A DNA stretch of 64,000 nt, taken from NCBI RefSeq assembly GCF_988242995.1, contig NZ_OZ547043.1; one strand, written 5' to 3'. Made by a program: the position numbers and the translations under genes. This document shows, piece after piece, positions 1 to 15,242 of this stretch (the first letter of the stretch is position 1; every line of letters begins with the position of its first letter). Under the pieces are notes generated by a model. It had not been told where the DNA came from. It searched no databases and saw only the letters and a list, made by a program, of their open reading frames with translations.

Positions 1-197
1 TATGCGGGATTATTACTTCGCTGATCGCACCGTTCCTTTTCCCGATAATTCTGGCAGTAATGGGCTAAAATTTGCGATGCGTCGCGCATTTTTGATGTAA
101 GTTTCACGCGTTGCATAATTAATGAGATTCAGATCACATATAAAGCCATAACGGGTTCGTAAACTGTTATCCCATTACATGAATATGAGGCAACGCC

Positions 198-2193
<1,996 letters not shown>

Positions 2194-2386
2194 TATTTTC
2201 TCTTTTCTGTTAATTATTGAGAATAATTATTACTTCACTCAACAAGCTGCGGATATAACATTCTGAACCGCAGCTATTTGTGAATCCTTTCACAGTTTAA
2301 ATTTCCCCACGCGCATAGCCTTAATATCAGCACGCAATATTTATTTAGCGTTCGCCTTAATTACTCATAGCATTAAGGAAGATCAC

Positions 2387-3625
2387 ATGCCGCAACAAAA
2401 TTATCTGGATGAACTCACTCCGGCTTTTACGCCTTTACTGGCGATTAAAGAAGCCTCTCGCTGCTTATTATGTCATGACGCTCCCTGTAGTCAGGCTTGC
2501 CCGGCACAGAGCGATCCGGGGAAATTTATTCGCTCAATCTACTTTCGTAATTTTAAAGGCGCTGCCGAGACAATTCGTGAAAATAATGCCCTCGGTGCCG
2601 TTTGTGCCAGAGTGTGCCCGACGGAGAAATTATGCCAAAGCGGTTGTATCCGTGCCGGTGTTGATACTCCCATTGATATCGGTCGCTTACAGCGTTTTGT
2701 TACTGATTTTGAACAACAAACTGGGATGGAAATTTATCAGCCCGGTACTAAAACGCTCGGCAAAGTCGCCATTATTGGCGCGGGTCCTGCCGGATTGCAG
2801 GCCAGTGTGACACTGACAAACCAGGGTTATGACGTCACGATCTATGAGAAAGAAGCACAACCCGGTGGCTGGTTGCGTAACGGCATTCCGCAATTCCGGT
2901 TACCGCAATCAGTACTGGATGCAGAAATCGCCCGTATTGAAAAAATGGGCGTGACCATTAAATGCAATAACGAAATCGGTAACACACTCACCCTGGAGCA
3001 ACTGAAAGCGGAAAACCGCGCGGTACTGGTCACTGTGGGGTTATCGAGCGGTTCGGGGCTACCACTGTTTGAGCATAGCGACGTTGAGATTGCCGTCGAC
3101 TTCTTGCAACGTGCACGACAGGCGCAAGGCGATATCAGCATTCCACAAAGCGCATTAATTATCGGCGGCGGTGATGTCGCGATGGACGTAGCCAGCACGC
3201 TGAAAGTTCTCGGCTGTCAGGCAGTAACTTGCGTAGCGCGTGAAGAGTTAGATGAGTTTCCGGCAAGCGAAAAAGAGTTTGCCAGCGCCCGGGAGCTGGG
3301 CGTTTCGATCATCGATGGATTCACGCCAGTAGCCGTGGAAGGCAATAAAGTCACGTTTAAGCATGTACGGTTACCGGGCGAACTGACGATGGCGGCAGAT
3401 AAAATTATTCTCGCCGTCGGTCAGCATGCCAGACTGGATGCCTTTGCGGAGTTAGAGCCGCAGCGTAACACCATCAATACACAAAATTACCAGACCCGCG
3501 ATCCGCAAGTCTTTGCTGCTGGCGATATTGTTGAGGGTGACAAAACCGTGGTCTATGCCGTGAAAACCGGGAAAGAAGCCGCCGAGGCGATTCATCACTA
3601 TTTAGAGGGAGCTTGCTCATGTTAA
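2387..3625 (+). CDS. preT: NAD-dependent dihydropyrimidine dehydrogenase subunit PreT
   Basis: 412-aa ORF with Fe-S cysteine clusters and GAGPAG dinucleotide-binding motif; overlaps preA start. Confidence 0.9.
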   Translation: MPQQNYLDELTPAFTPLLAIKEASRCLLCHDAPCSQACPAQSDPGKFIRSIYFRNFKGAAETIRENNALGAVCARVCPTEKLCQSGCIRAGVDTPIDIGRLQRFVTDFEQQTGMEIYQPGTKTLGKVAIIGAGPAGLQASVTLTNQGYDVTIYEKEAQPGGWLRNGIPQFRLPQSVLDAEIARIEKMGVTIKCNNEIGNTLTLEQLKAENRAVLVTVGLSSGSGLPLFEHSDVEIAVDFLQRARQAQGDISIPQSALIIGGGDVAMDVASTLKVLGCQAVTCVAREELDEFPASEKEFASARELGVSIIDGFTPVAVEGNKVTFKHVRLPGELTMAADKIILAVGQHARLDAFAELEPQRNTINTQNYQTRDPQVFAAGDIVEGDKTVVYAVKTGKEAAEAIHHYLEGACSC

Positions 3626-4854
3626 CGAAAGATCTTTCGATTACTTTTTGCGGCGTGAAGTTTCCCAATCCGTTCTGCCTCTCTTCTTCGCCTGTAGGCA
3701 ACTGCTATGAGATGTGTGCCAAAGCCTACGACACAGGTTGGGGCGGCGTGGTGTTTAAAACGATCGGCTTTTTTATCGCCAACGAAGTCTCGCCGCGTTT
3801 TGATCATCTGGTGAAAGAAGATACCGGTTTTATCGGCTTCAAAAATATGGAGCAGATTGCTGAACATCCGTTGGAAGAGAATCTGGCCGCCCTGCGTCGG
3901 CTGAAGGAAGATTACCCGGACAAAGTATTGATCGCTTCGATCATGGGGGAAAATGAGCAGCAATGGGAGGAGCTGGCGCGCCTGGTGCAAGAAGCTGGCG
4001 CGGATATGATCGAGTGTAACTTCTCCTGTCCGCAAATGACTTCTCATGCGATGGGTAGCGATGTCGGGCAAAGCCCGGAGCTGGTCGAAAAATATTGTCG
4101 GGCAGTGAAACGCGGTTCTACGCTGCCGATGCTGGCGAAGATGACGCCGAATATCGGTGATATGTGCGAAGTGGCGCTGGCGGCGAAGCGCGGCGGCGCA
4201 GATGGCATTGCGGCGATTAACACCGTTAAATCCATCACCAATATCGATCTTAATCAGAAAATCGGTATGCCGATCGTTAACGGTAAATCGAGTATTTCCG
4301 GATATTCCGGTAAAGCGGTAAAACCGATCGCCCTGCGCTTCATTCAGCAAATGCGTACCCATCCAGAGCTGCGCGATTTCCCGATCAGCGGTATTGGCGG
4401 TATTGAAACCTGGGAAGATGCGGCGGAGTTTTTATTGCTCGGCGCAGCAACGTTACAGGTGACCACCGGCATTATGCAGTACGGGTATCGGATAGTGGAA
4501 GATATGGCGAGCGGATTGTCGCATTATCTCGCCGATCAGGGATTTGATTCGTTGCAGGATATGGTAGGTCTGGCGAATCACAATATTGTTCCGGCGGAAG
4601 ATTTAGACCGCAGTTATATTGTCTATCCCAACATCAACCTCGATAAATGTGTTGGCTGTGGACGCTGTTATATTTCCTGTTACGACGGCGGTCACCAGGC
4701 GATGGAATGGAGCGAGAAAACCCGTACACCGCATTGTAATACCGAGAAATGTGTTGGTTGCCTGCTTTGTGGTCACGTCTGCCCGGTGGGTTGTATTGAT
4801 CTCGGAGAAGTGAAGTTTAAGAAGGGAGAGAAAGAACACCCGGTAACGTTGTAA
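3619..4854 (+). CDS. preA: NAD-dependent dihydropyrimidine dehydrogenase subunit PreA
   Basis: 411-aa product from ATG at 3619 (the listed ORF starts 2 codons upstream at TTG); DHODH-like TIM barrel plus C-terminal 4Fe-4S ferredoxin cysteines. Confidence 0.9.
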   Translation: MLTKDLSITFCGVKFPNPFCLSSSPVGNCYEMCAKAYDTGWGGVVFKTIGFFIANEVSPRFDHLVKEDTGFIGFKNMEQIAEHPLEENLAALRRLKEDYPDKVLIASIMGENEQQWEELARLVQEAGADMIECNFSCPQMTSHAMGSDVGQSPELVEKYCRAVKRGSTLPMLAKMTPNIGDMCEVALAAKRGGADGIAAINTVKSITNIDLNQKIGMPIVNGKSSISGYSGKAVKPIALRFIQQMRTHPELRDFPISGIGGIETWEDAAEFLLLGAATLQVTTGIMQYGYRIVEDMASGLSHYLADQGFDSLQDMVGLANHNIVPAEDLDRSYIVYPNINLDKCVGCGRCYISCYDGGHQAMEWSEKTRTPHCNTEKCVGCLLCGHVCPVGCIDLGEVKFKKGEKEHPVTL

Positions 4855-4924
4855 AACCAGAGACGCATCCGGCATTTGGCACCGATTGCCGGATGCAGCG
4901 CATCCGGCAATACCCACATTCACA

Positions 4925-5935
4925 TCATTTCTTACGCGCGTATTTCAGTGAATCCAGCGCTACGGCGAAGATAATAATCGCCCCTTTGATGATGTACTGC
5001 CAGTATGGGTTTACGCCGATGTACGTCAGGCCATAGTTGATGACGGTAAAAATAATCACCCCGGTCACCACACCAATCACCGTCCCCACACCGCCGCTGA
5101 ACGATACGCCGCCCACCACACACGCCGCGATAGCATCCAACTCATACATAAAGCCGAGGTTGTTGGTGGCAGAGCCGATACGTCCGGCTTCTAACATCCC
5201 GCCGAAGGCATAGAACACACCAGACAACGCGTAGATCATCAGCAGGTTCAGGCCGACGTTGACACCAGAAACTTTCGCCGCTTCCGGGTTACCGCCGATA
5301 GCAAAAATGTTCTTGCCGAAGCGGGTTTTGTTCCACAACACCCAGACGAACGCCACCGCAATCAGCGCGTAGAAGGTGATGTAAGAGAGACGGAAACTCC
5401 CCAGCGCGACAAAGCCCTGAGCAAAGGTAGAGAAGCCACTGTCAAAACCAGAAATTGGCGACGCCCCGACAAAGTCGTAATAGAGCGAGTTGATGCCATA
5501 GACGATGATCATCGTGCCGAGCGTGGTAATGAACGGCGTCACGTTGAGATAAGCGATAATCAGGCCGTTGATCAAACCGATCACCGCACCAATGGCACAG
5601 ACAATCAGAATAACCAGCGCAATCGGCATCGTCGCCATTTCCGGGAACACTTTGTTGGCGTTATCCATGGACTGCAATAATGTCGCTGCCACCACTGCCG
5701 CCAGCCCTACCTGACGCCCCGCAGAAAGGTCGGTCCCTTGGGTGACAATTAACCCTGCCACACCGAGCGCGATAATAATACGCACCGATGACTGGGTGAG
5801 AATATTACTTAAGTTCAACAGACTTAAAAATGTTGGGTCCTGGAAAATAATAATCGCCAGCAAAACTAAAAGAACGACGTAAATACCGCCCTCTTTCAGG
5901 TAAGTAAGAAAACTTTTCTTATTTAACGCACTCAT
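4925..5935 (-). CDS. mglC: galactose/methyl-galactoside ABC transporter permease
   Basis: 336-aa polytopic membrane ORF; mglBAC operon order. Confidence 0.9.
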   Translation of the reverse strand: MSALNKKSFLTYLKEGGIYVVLLVLLAIIIFQDPTFLSLLNLSNILTQSSVRIIIALGVAGLIVTQGTDLSAGRQVGLAAVVAATLLQSMDNANKVFPEMATMPIALVILIVCAIGAVIGLINGLIIAYLNVTPFITTLGTMIIVYGINSLYYDFVGASPISGFDSGFSTFAQGFVALGSFRLSYITFYALIAVAFVWVLWNKTRFGKNIFAIGGNPEAAKVSGVNVGLNLLMIYALSGVFYAFGGMLEAGRIGSATNNLGFMYELDAIAACVVGGVSFSGGVGTVIGVVTGVIIFTVINYGLTYIGVNPYWQYIIKGAIIIFAVALDSLKYARKK

Positions 5936-5950
5936 GGGAAGCCCCTAATC

Positions 5951-7471
5951 TTAAAGGTGCAAAGACGCAAGACGCAGAATTTCGTTTTGCGTTGTTGTTT
6001 TTGTATCGACAATTCCAGAAACGAGACCATTGCTCATAACCAGAATACGGTCTGTTATCCCTAACAACTCTGGCATTTCGGAGGAGATAATAATAATCCC
6101 CTTGCCTTTCTTCGCCAGCTCGGCAATTAACTGATAGATCTCAAACTTCGCCCCGACATCAATACCGCGCGTCGGTTCATCGAGCATTAATATTTCTGGT
6201 TGCGTTAGTAGCCAGCGACCAATAATCACCTTTTGCTGATTACCGCCGGAGAGCGAACCAATTTGCGTCCGATGCCCCGGTGTTTTTACCCGCATCGAAT
6301 CAATCACCCACTGGGTATCGCTTTTCATCCGCGAGTTATCCAGTAAACCAACTTTATTTTTGTAGTTGCGAATATTGGAAATTAACGAGTTAAAACCGAT
6401 ATCCAGATAGGCATAAATTCCCGTTGAGCGGCGCTCCTCAGTTACCAGTGCAAATCCGTGGTTTATGGCTTCGTTGGCATTATGGTTATTGATCTTTTTG
6501 CCGTGCAACGTAATAGTGCCAGCCGATTTCTCGCGAATACCAAATAACGTCTCAACAATATCGGTACGTTTCGCCCCCACCAGACCGGCAATACCGAGGA
6601 TCTCCCCTTTATGCAGATCAAACGAGACATCGCGAATCGACGGCTGGCGCAGCGACGTCAGGTTACGCACTTCAAGAATCACTTCGCCCGGCTTGTTTTC
6701 TTTGTCAGGGAAACGTTGGTTAAGAGAACGCCCAACCATCATGGCGATGATCTTGTCCATCGTCAGTCCTGCCAGCGGTTCAGTGGCGATCCACTGACCG
6801 TCGCGCAATACGGTAACTTCATCACATAACTGGAAGATTTCTTCCATTTTATGTGAGATATAAACAATACCACAGCCGCGCTCTTTTAATTTACGAATAA
6901 TAGTAAACAGATGATTAACTTCTTTTTCGGTTAACGAAGAAGTCGGTTCATCCATAATCACAATTTTCGCGTTATAGGAAAACGCTTTGGCGATTTCGAT
7001 CATCTGCATTTGCGAAACGGATAATGTGCCGACGCGCGCACGCGGATCGATATCAATATCCAGTTCATCAAAAATCGCTTTGGTTTCGCGGTACATTTTG
7101 TCCTGATCGACAAACATGCCTTTGGTGGGATATCGCCCCAGCCACATGTTATCCATCACCGAACGTTGTAATACCAGGTTTAACTCCTGGTGTACCATCG
7201 AAATACCATTTTCCAGCGCTTCTTTTGCAGAATGGAAATCGATCTCTTTACCCTGGAATAAAATGGTGCCGGAGTCTTTTTGATAAATACCAAACAGGCA
7301 TTTTAATAATGTTGATTTTCCTGCGCCGTTTTCCCCCATTAATGCATGGATAGAATGTGGCCGGACTTTTAAATTAACGTTATCAAGTGCCTTAACACCA
7401 GGAAAAGACTTGTTGATACCGCTCATTTCCAACAAGTATTCCCCGGAAGACGGAGTCGTTGAGCTGACCAT
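5951..7471 (-). CDS. mglA: galactose/methyl-galactoside ABC transporter ATP-binding protein
   Basis: 506-aa ORF with two ABC cassettes ([17 protein letters not shown]). Confidence 0.92.
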   Translation of the reverse strand: MVSSTTPSSGEYLLEMSGINKSFPGVKALDNVNLKVRPHSIHALMGENGAGKSTLLKCLFGIYQKDSGTILFQGKEIDFHSAKEALENGISMVHQELNLVLQRSVMDNMWLGRYPTKGMFVDQDKMYRETKAIFDELDIDIDPRARVGTLSVSQMQMIEIAKAFSYNAKIVIMDEPTSSLTEKEVNHLFTIIRKLKERGCGIVYISHKMEEIFQLCDEVTVLRDGQWIATEPLAGLTMDKIIAMMVGRSLNQRFPDKENKPGEVILEVRNLTSLRQPSIRDVSFDLHKGEILGIAGLVGAKRTDIVETLFGIREKSAGTITLHGKKINNHNANEAINHGFALVTEERRSTGIYAYLDIGFNSLISNIRNYKNKVGLLDNSRMKSDTQWVIDSMRVKTPGHRTQIGSLSGGNQQKVIIGRWLLTQPEILMLDEPTRGIDVGAKFEIYQLIAELAKKGKGIIIISSEMPELLGITDRILVMSNGLVSGIVDTKTTTQNEILRLASLHL

Positions 7472-7531
7472 ATAATTTTACCTTGTTGGCCATACAATAA
7501 GGGCGCAGTAAACGACTGCGCCCAATCAGTC

Positions 7532-8530
7532 TTATTTCTTGCTGAATTCAGCCAGGTTGTCTTTATCTACGCCAACATAAGGTACGCGGACCACTTTGTT
7601 GTCGATTTTCCAGTTGGTGCCATCAGCCGCACCTTTGCCATCGGCCAGGTTTTTCGCCAAATCAAAGGTCGCTTTCGCCTGGTTGTTAGCATCGTTCAGT
7701 ACGGTGCCCGCCAGTGCACCGGATTTCACCAGCGCCAGCGCTTCTGGCAGCGCATCGACGCCAAACACCGGAATGCTGGACTTGTTGTGTGCTTTCAGTG
7801 CTTCTACCGCGCCCATTGCCATCGCATCGTTGTTGGCGATAACCACTTCGATTTTGTTGGCGTTCGGGCCAGACAGCCAGGCGTCCATCTTATCTTTCGC
7901 CTGAGCGGTATCCCACATAGCGGTATCTAACTGTAACTGTTCAGTTTTGATGCCTTTGTCGTTCAATTCTTTAATCACGTAAGTGGTACGTGCTTCTGCA
8001 TCCGGATGGCCCGGCTCACCTTTCAGCAGTACGAACTGAATCTGACCGTCTTTGTTCAGATCCCAACCCTGATTCGCCGCCCAGTGTTTAGCAATCAAAT
8101 CGCCCTGAATAATGCCGGACTCTTTGGAGTCAGTGCCAACGTAGTAGGCTTTGTCGTAGCTATCCAGCGCCTTACGAGACGGTTCTTTGTTGAAGAAAAC
8201 CACCGGCACATTTTGCCCACGCGCTTTCTCAATCACCGTACCCGCAGCTGCCGGGTCAACCAGGTTGATTGCCAGTGCCTTCACCCCTTTCGCCAGCAAT
8301 ACGTCGATCTGATCGTTCTGCTTGGACTGGTCATTCTGAGAATCATTCATCAGCAGCTGAACATCTGGCGCGGCTTTCGCATCTTGCTCAATAGCCTTGC
8401 GCACTACAGACATAAAGTTATCGTCGTACTTATAGATTGTTACACCAATGCGAGTATCAGCAGCGTGTGCAGCGGCACCGAATAACATGCTGGCCATCAC
8501 AGCAGACAGGGTTAACACCTTCTTATTCAT
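7532..8530 (-). CDS. mglB: D-galactose/D-glucose periplasmic binding protein
   Basis: 332-aa ORF with signal peptide (…AAAHA/AD); recognised MglB sequence. Confidence 0.92.
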   Translation of the reverse strand: MNKKVLTLSAVMASMLFGAAAHAADTRIGVTIYKYDDNFMSVVRKAIEQDAKAAPDVQLLMNDSQNDQSKQNDQIDVLLAKGVKALAINLVDPAAAGTVIEKARGQNVPVVFFNKEPSRKALDSYDKAYYVGTDSKESGIIQGDLIAKHWAANQGWDLNKDGQIQFVLLKGEPGHPDAEARTTYVIKELNDKGIKTEQLQLDTAMWDTAQAKDKMDAWLSGPNANKIEVVIANNDAMAMGAVEALKAHNKSSIPVFGVDALPEALALVKSGALAGTVLNDANNQAKATFDLAKNLADGKGAADGTNWKIDNKVVRVPYVGVDKDNLAEFSKK

Positions 8531-8809
8531 GGTATCTCCGGTTTTTCTTATGCAGGGTAGTGCTTGAGATAAATGCTCGGCGGGGCAGTAGAGTTAATGA
8601 AGTGTTACTGAACGCCGAAGCTCACTTTTTAAAATTCGTTCTTCCATGCCCGGTAACGCTCCAGAAAACGGCTTTAATTGTTGTTATGACGCTATTACCT
8701 CGGTGAAAGTGATTATTCACTGTTACATACGGGTTACAACGTTAAAACGGTGCAATCATAGCTATCACATTGTTAAGATACTGTGAAATCACTCACAGAT
8801 TGAAAGCGG

Positions 8810-9850
8810 TTACATCGCCTGATTTGTTGAGTTAGTGATCGCCGCCGCATTCTGGCGCGTTGCGACAGAATGGCGACGCACTAACGTCGGCATAAAACAG
8901 TGGCTAGCACGAGGATCAATATTGCCTGCTGCCCCCTGCAAGGCCAGTTCGGTGGCTAATTTAGCCATTGAAGCAATGGGATAACGCACAGTCGTTAATT
9001 GCGGGTCGGTGTAACGGGCGATGGGAATATCATCGAAACCGATGATTGAGAGATGTAACGGAATCGCAATGCCATTATCTTTTAATGCTGTCAGTGCGCC
9101 AGCGGCCATATTGTCGTTATAAGCAAATACAGCGGTAAGTTGTAGATTGCGCCCCAGCAGTTCAACCATCGCCGCCTCACCACCCGGCATGTCCGGCGTG
9201 CCAGTGCCAATCCAGCTTTCCGGCGGAATAAGATCCTGCTCTTTCAACGCACTCATCCAGCCTGCTTTACGCATGGCGTCATCTTCAATGCCGTGACTGG
9301 AAGAAAGATAACCAATACGTTGATGACCGTTATTCAGCAACATGCGCGTCGCCATTCGGGCACCGCTGAGATTATCCAGGCAAACGCAACGATGGGCGTA
9401 CCCCGGCACAACGCGGTTGATTAACACCATACCGGGAATGTTATCCATAAATTGTGCCAGTTCATCGTCACTCAATGCTTTTGAGTGAACAATCAATGCA
9501 TTACAACGCTGGCGAATTAACACCTCAATGGCGTGACGCTCTTTTTCCGCTTCATGATAGCTATTGCCGATTAGCACGTATTTCTGATGCTGCTGGGCGA
9601 CCAGATCCACCGCTTTTACCAGCGCGCCGAAAAACGCATCAGAAACGTCCATCACCACCACGCCAATGGTGTCGCTAACCTGAGTTGCCAGCGCCTGGGC
9701 ATTGGCATTTGGTCGATAATCCAGCTCACTCACGGCTTTCATTACTGCTTCACGCGTGTCGGCACTGACCAGCGTGCTGTTATTGAGCACTCGGGAAACC
9801 GTTGCCACAGAGACGCCAGCCTGACGCGCTACATCACGAATGGTGATCAT
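8810..9850 (-). CDS. galS: LacI-family repressor GalS
   Basis: N-terminal HTH ([23 protein letters not shown]); start taken at internal ATG to match the 346-aa product. Confidence 0.88.
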   Translation of the reverse strand: MITIRDVARQAGVSVATVSRVLNNSTLVSADTREAVMKAVSELDYRPNANAQALATQVSDTIGVVVMDVSDAFFGALVKAVDLVAQQHQKYVLIGNSYHEAEKERHAIEVLIRQRCNALIVHSKALSDDELAQFMDNIPGMVLINRVVPGYAHRCVCLDNLSGARMATRMLLNNGHQRIGYLSSSHGIEDDAMRKAGWMSALKEQDLIPPESWIGTGTPDMPGGEAAMVELLGRNLQLTAVFAYNDNMAAGALTALKDNGIAIPLHLSIIGFDDIPIARYTDPQLTTVRYPIASMAKLATELALQGAAGNIDPRASHCFMPTLVRRHSVATRQNAAAITNSTNQAM

Positions 9851-9991
9851 ATTCACTACCTGTTATGAGATTGCAGTAAATGACTGCTTGCTGGCGGCTA
9901 TTTTGTCAGCACTGAATACAGGACTTCGTGAATCGAGTCACAGCAATGGAAACGGTTACAGCCGTTTTGTTAACGAATGTGATCCAGATCG

Positions 9992-11149
9992 TTATCTTGA
10001 TGTTTTAGATCTTGCCGGCCCAGCTGCACGCAAAGTTAACTGACGCCAGAGCCATTCCACCGGCCCCTGGCGGAAGTAATGCAGCCAGATAACAGAGAAG
10101 AGGATATTCGCCAGCCATACCGGAATAACAAACGCCAGCAGCTCCAGGCGGTCAAAATGCATAAACAAACCGAGGTGGTAAAAAAGCGTGGTACAAATCA
10201 GCGTTTGCAATAGATAGTTGGTCAGCGCCATCCGTCCGACGCAGGCGATCGCAAGCACCAGCTTAAAGCGGCTTAATTGCGGCCAGAAACCATAAAACAG
10301 CGACGCATAGCCAATCGCCTGAAACGGCGCACTCAGTTCCCGCGGCATTTGAAGTAAGAATGCACACCAGCGATACGCCCAGTCCAGTCGCCATTGCAGG
10401 GCGATGGCAGGAAGGTTAATGATCACCCCAATCGCCACCAGCACAAAACCAGTACGACGATAGTGACGTAAGCTGAACTGCCCTTTCAGCCAGCCGCTGC
10501 GCATCAGCGCCGCACCAATGAGCATCATCCCTGCCAGTTGCCAGCCATACTGTGCGCCCAGTGCCAGTAAACTGTTCCCAACACCATCGGCACGATTACT
10601 GATCGCTTCAACGCCGCCGTGAAGCTTCCAGTATTTTTCATACAAAATAGCCGATGCATCCGGCGTCCAGGCGCGGCTGGTCTGGCTGTCGGAAATCAGC
10701 CCCAATAACATCAAAACGCCAAGCCCCACCAGATAAAGCATGACGCCTGTATTAAACAGGCTTTTTACCGATGGCGCATCGCGCACCAGCCGCCAGCAGA
10801 TTAAGCCCACCAGCCCGTAAGCCAGCAGAATATCGCCGTCCCAGAACAATAAACCGTGAATAAAGCCCAGCAAGACTAACAGCGTTAACCGCGACTGGAT
10901 CCAGCGTCTGCCACGGGGCAGCAACATTTGCAGGCCAGCACCAAACAGCAGCGCAAAAAGCGTGAGGAATTTCACCTGGCCGATGAGATCGAGAAATGCC
11001 CAGGTCCATGCATCCTGCGGCGTAATAGCGCCGTACCAGGCGGGATTAAGATAAGCCGCCTTTGGTAGCCCAAAGGCGCTGATGTTTAATAGCAGGATCC
11101 CCAGAATGGCGACGCCGCGAACAAAATCGAGCGTGACGTTGCGCTCCAT
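9992..11149 (-). CDS. yeiB: DUF418-family inner membrane protein
   Basis: 385-aa polytopic membrane ORF; position between galS and folE. Confidence 0.8.
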   Translation of the reverse strand: MERNVTLDFVRGVAILGILLLNISAFGLPKAAYLNPAWYGAITPQDAWTWAFLDLIGQVKFLTLFALLFGAGLQMLLPRGRRWIQSRLTLLVLLGFIHGLLFWDGDILLAYGLVGLICWRLVRDAPSVKSLFNTGVMLYLVGLGVLMLLGLISDSQTSRAWTPDASAILYEKYWKLHGGVEAISNRADGVGNSLLALGAQYGWQLAGMMLIGAALMRSGWLKGQFSLRHYRRTGFVLVAIGVIINLPAIALQWRLDWAYRWCAFLLQMPRELSAPFQAIGYASLFYGFWPQLSRFKLVLAIACVGRMALTNYLLQTLICTTLFYHLGLFMHFDRLELLAFVIPVWLANILFSVIWLHYFRQGPVEWLWRQLTLRAAGPARSKTSR

Positions 11150-11165
11150 GGTTCCTGCCTTTTAA

Positions 11166-11834
11166 TCAGTTGTGATGACGCACAGCGCGCAGAAATTCGT
11201 GGCGCGTATTCTGACTGGATTTGAACAATCCACCAAGAGAGGTCGTTGTTGTGGCACTGGTTGCGTCGCGGATGCCACGCGCTTTCACGCAGTAATGCAC
11301 CGCGTCGATAGAGACAGCCACGTTATTGGTGCCCAGCAGCGTTTGTAGCGCAATGAGAATTTGCTGGGTCAGACGTTCCTGCACCTGCGGACGCTGGGCA
11401 AAGAACTGCACAATACGGTTAATTTTTGACAGACCGATCACCGAATCTTTCGGGATATAAGCCACCGTCGCTTTGCCATCGATGGTAACAAAATGGTGTT
11501 CACAGGTGCTGGTCAGGGTGATATCGCGCACGGTGACCATTTCATCGACCTTCATTTTGTTTTCAATGAGGGTGATTTTCGGGAAATTGACGTAATCCAG
11601 ACCGGAGAAAATTTCATCGACATACATTTTAGCGATGCGATGCGGCGTTTCCATCAAACTGTCATCAGCCAGGTCGAGATTCAGCAGCTGCATGATTTCG
11701 GTCATATGACCAGCAATAAGGCTTTTGCGCGTTTCGTTATCCATTTCATGCACGGGCGGGCGCAGCGGTGTTTCCAGTCCTCGCGCAACTAACGCTTCAT
11801 GAACCAGGGCCGCTTCTTTACTGAGTGATGGCAT
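11166..11834 (-). CDS. folE: GTP cyclohydrolase I
   Basis: 222-aa ORF; recognised FolE sequence (…[18 protein letters not shown]…). Confidence 0.92.
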   Translation of the reverse strand: MPSLSKEAALVHEALVARGLETPLRPPVHEMDNETRKSLIAGHMTEIMQLLNLDLADDSLMETPHRIAKMYVDEIFSGLDYVNFPKITLIENKMKVDEMVTVRDITLTSTCEHHFVTIDGKATVAYIPKDSVIGLSKINRIVQFFAQRPQVQERLTQQILIALQTLLGTNNVAVSIDAVHYCVKARGIRDATSATTTTSLGGLFKSSQNTRHEFLRAVRHHN

Positions 11835-12058
11835 TTATGATTTCTCCTGCAGGTGTGACGCCTCCGCCCTGCGTGGGGGCAAAGTTATTAAGCTGATTTA
11901 CAGCCTGATTATTGTGCGTGAGGCGGCGCACATAATCCAGTATTCACAGCGATAATTATTGTAATTGCCGCTGCCTTTCATCAGCAGATGTTAAAACATC
12001 GTTATGCAAATACGGAAGTGAAAGTTACTCACAGCACATTGAATAAACGGTATGATGA

Positions 12059-12928
<870 letters not shown>

Positions 12929-12959
12929 AAGTCCGCCCGGTTCGCCGGGCATCTTCTCA

Positions 12960-14951
12960 TCAGAAGCGATAATCCACTGCCATAAAGTAACGACGTCCGT
13001 CTTCGTTATAGCTGTAGTCGTCACGACTGAGATCCTTGTCGCCAAGGTTCAGCACGCCTGCGCGCAGTTTGACGTCTTTAGTCACCTTCCAGGCCGCGCC
13101 GGTATTCCAGATGGTATAACCGCCCGGTGTTTTAGCCGTCGCGCTGTCGGCGCGTTTCTGCCCGGTATAGTGTCCGGAAACATAGAATGACCAGTCTTCC
13201 AGTGCCAGCGGTTTCCAGTCCAGCGTACCGTTAGCAGTATGGAACGGCAGATCGGATAGCGGTTTGTTTTCGCCGTTGCTGACATCACGACCATCGTTGT
13301 AGGTGTAGTTGATCGACAGTTTCCATTCATCGTTGAACGGAATTTTCAGTTCGGTTTCCACGCCCTGAATACGAGCTTTGTTAACGTTGTAGTAGCTAAA
13401 TACCGGTATGCGCCGTCCGTTAGCGCCCGTCTCAAAACCGACAAAGTTTTGGTAGCCCGGTGCAGCGTTGACGTCAGACGTACGGCTAATGCTGATACGA
13501 TCTTTCACATCGTTACGGAAAACGGTCACGCTGGATTCAACCCCTTCCAGCCAGCCTTCTTCACCCATGTAGTAAAGCCCCAGCTCCCAACTTTCGCTGG
13601 TTTCAGGTTTCAGATCCGGGCTACCCACAATCTTACATGCGCCACGGCAGGAATTGCTCGTCCAGTCAGGGCTAAGTTGCAACAGAGAAGGCGCTTTAAA
13701 TGCCGTCGCCCAGCCCCCTTTCACCGTTACGGTGTCGGTGGCGTTATAAACCAGGTAGGCACGCGGACTCCAGTGTTCACCGTAGGTTTCATGATCGTCC
13801 ATACGTACGCCGGTCGTCAGCGCCAGCGGCTCGAAGATCCGCCATTCATCTTCCACAAATAGCGCGTACTGGCTGGCAGACGTTTTGGAGCTGGTTCCCC
13901 CGGTCAGGTTCACCGCATCACTAAGTTTGTCGTGACGCCATTCACCGCCAACCGTGAGAAACTGATTAATCGCCGTCAGCGGCAACGTGTATTTACCGTC
14001 GACCGTATTGCTTTCGGAAGTTATCGGGCTGCTGTTGCCAGGGTTTTTGTTCTCGACTTTCTCACCGTAGTATTTCAGTTCGCTGGTGCCGTAATCCCAA
14101 CGCCCATTATGGCTGACGGAGTAGTTCTGGCGTTCCAGACGGTTTTTGTCCAGCGAGTCGGAATCACGATCCTGACGGTCGAAACCGTATCCGGCAGTAA
14201 AATCGTGATTTTGATTCGGTGTCCAGGCAAATTCGACATTGCCGTCGCGGCTGGAGAATCCTTCAATACGCGGCGTTTCTCCGGTATCGGTGGTCGTTGA
14301 GTTTTGCGGGTCATCCTTTTCACGTTTTGCCAGGCTGCCGTAAGCTTTCATTCCCAGCACACCATCAATTAATGGTCCACTGGTAAAGAACTGACCGTTA
14401 TAGGTATCACCGCGATCGCGATGTTCCTGAATGGTGGTATCGACGGTAACGGTACCCGACCATTTCTGACCGATTTTTTTGGTGATGATATTCACTACAC
14501 CGCCGAGCGCATCGGAGCCGTACAGCGACGACATCGGGCCACGAACCACTTCAATACGTTCGATGGAATCGACCGGGATCCAGTTCAGATCGAAATCATT
14601 GTGGCGGAAGACGGCATTGCGGGAGTTAACGCGTTTACCGTCGACGAGAATCAGGGTGTAGCTGCTGTCCAGACCACGAATACTAACGCCCTTACGGTTA
14701 TCCCCTTCGTTCGTCAGTTGTACGCCAGGCACTTCTTTGAGGACATCCTTCAGATTCTGTACCGGTTTTCGCTGCAGGTCTTCCTGGGTAATGACGCTGA
14801 TACTGGCAGGTGCATCTTTAAGGTTTTGTTCAACGGAAGATGCAGTGACAACCATCGTTTCGCTATCATCATCGACCGCTAACACAGGCCATGCACAAGA
14901 AATAGCGGACAAACACAGCCCGACCCGTACGAAAGGGTTCAACCTAAACAT
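12960..14951 (-). CDS. cirA: TonB-dependent catecholate siderophore / colicin I receptor
   Basis: listed ORF is 728 aa, but the signal peptide begins at internal Met ([25 protein letters not shown]), giving a 663-aa product; TonB box and C-terminal …AVDYRF barrel terminus. Confidence 0.88.
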   Translation of the reverse strand: MFRLNPFVRVGLCLSAISCAWPVLAVDDDSETMVVTASSVEQNLKDAPASISVITQEDLQRKPVQNLKDVLKEVPGVQLTNEGDNRKGVSIRGLDSSYTLILVDGKRVNSRNAVFRHNDFDLNWIPVDSIERIEVVRGPMSSLYGSDALGGVVNIITKKIGQKWSGTVTVDTTIQEHRDRGDTYNGQFFTSGPLIDGVLGMKAYGSLAKREKDDPQNSTTTDTGETPRIEGFSSRDGNVEFAWTPNQNHDFTAGYGFDRQDRDSDSLDKNRLERQNYSVSHNGRWDYGTSELKYYGEKVENKNPGNSSPITSESNTVDGKYTLPLTAINQFLTVGGEWRHDKLSDAVNLTGGTSSKTSASQYALFVEDEWRIFEPLALTTGVRMDDHETYGEHWSPRAYLVYNATDTVTVKGGWATAFKAPSLLQLSPDWTSNSCRGACKIVGSPDLKPETSESWELGLYYMGEEGWLEGVESSVTVFRNDVKDRISISRTSDVNAAPGYQNFVGFETGANGRRIPVFSYYNVNKARIQGVETELKIPFNDEWKLSINYTYNDGRDVSNGENKPLSDLPFHTANGTLDWKPLALEDWSFYVSGHYTGQKRADSATAKTPGGYTIWNTGAAWKVTKDVKLRAGVLNLGDKDLSRDDYSYNEDGRRYFMAVDYRF

Positions 14952-15117
14952 TCCATATCTCCATGAGGTAACTACGAAAATAAAATGGGTATCGCTCACA
15001 TCTTCTTTACGTCCCCTTGCGTACGGCAGCATCGCGGTGGACTTATTTGTATGCAGGTGATCATCCCAGAAAGCCGGAACAGCCTCTGATTTGTCAGCCT
15101 TTTTTGATTGCGGCGTA

Positions 15118-15148
15118 ACGATAATGCAAACGATAACAATTATCAATC
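15118..15148 (-). promoter_or_regulatory. Fur box upstream of cirA
   Basis: minus-strand reading GATAATTGTTATCGTTTGCATTATCG matches the Fur consensus GATAATGATAATCATTATC; lies in the cirA promoter region. Confidence 0.6.
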
Positions 15149-15194
15149 CAAATGTTAAATTTTATATCCGCATGATTTGTCAGGGAAATGGAAT

Positions 15195-15223
15195 TGAAAA
15201 AGCCCTCTCGGTTGAGAGGGCTT
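15195..15223 (-). terminator. rho-independent terminator of lysP
   Basis: GC hairpin AGCCCTCTC-GGTT-GAGAGGGCT followed by a T-run on the minus strand, just 3' of the lysP stop. Confidence 0.6.
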
Positions 15224-15242
15224 AGCAAGGAAGGGAGGAAAC

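Noticed and set aside
3622-4362. 246-aa minus-strand ORF inside preA
   Set aside because: Antisense to a well-recognised gene; Arg/His-rich composition typical of reverse-frame artefacts in GC-rich coding DNA.
12960-15146. 728-aa version of cirA from the ORF track
   Set aside because: The N-terminal 65 residues precede a canonical signal peptide and run through the promoter/Fur-box region; the real start is the internal ATG at 14951.
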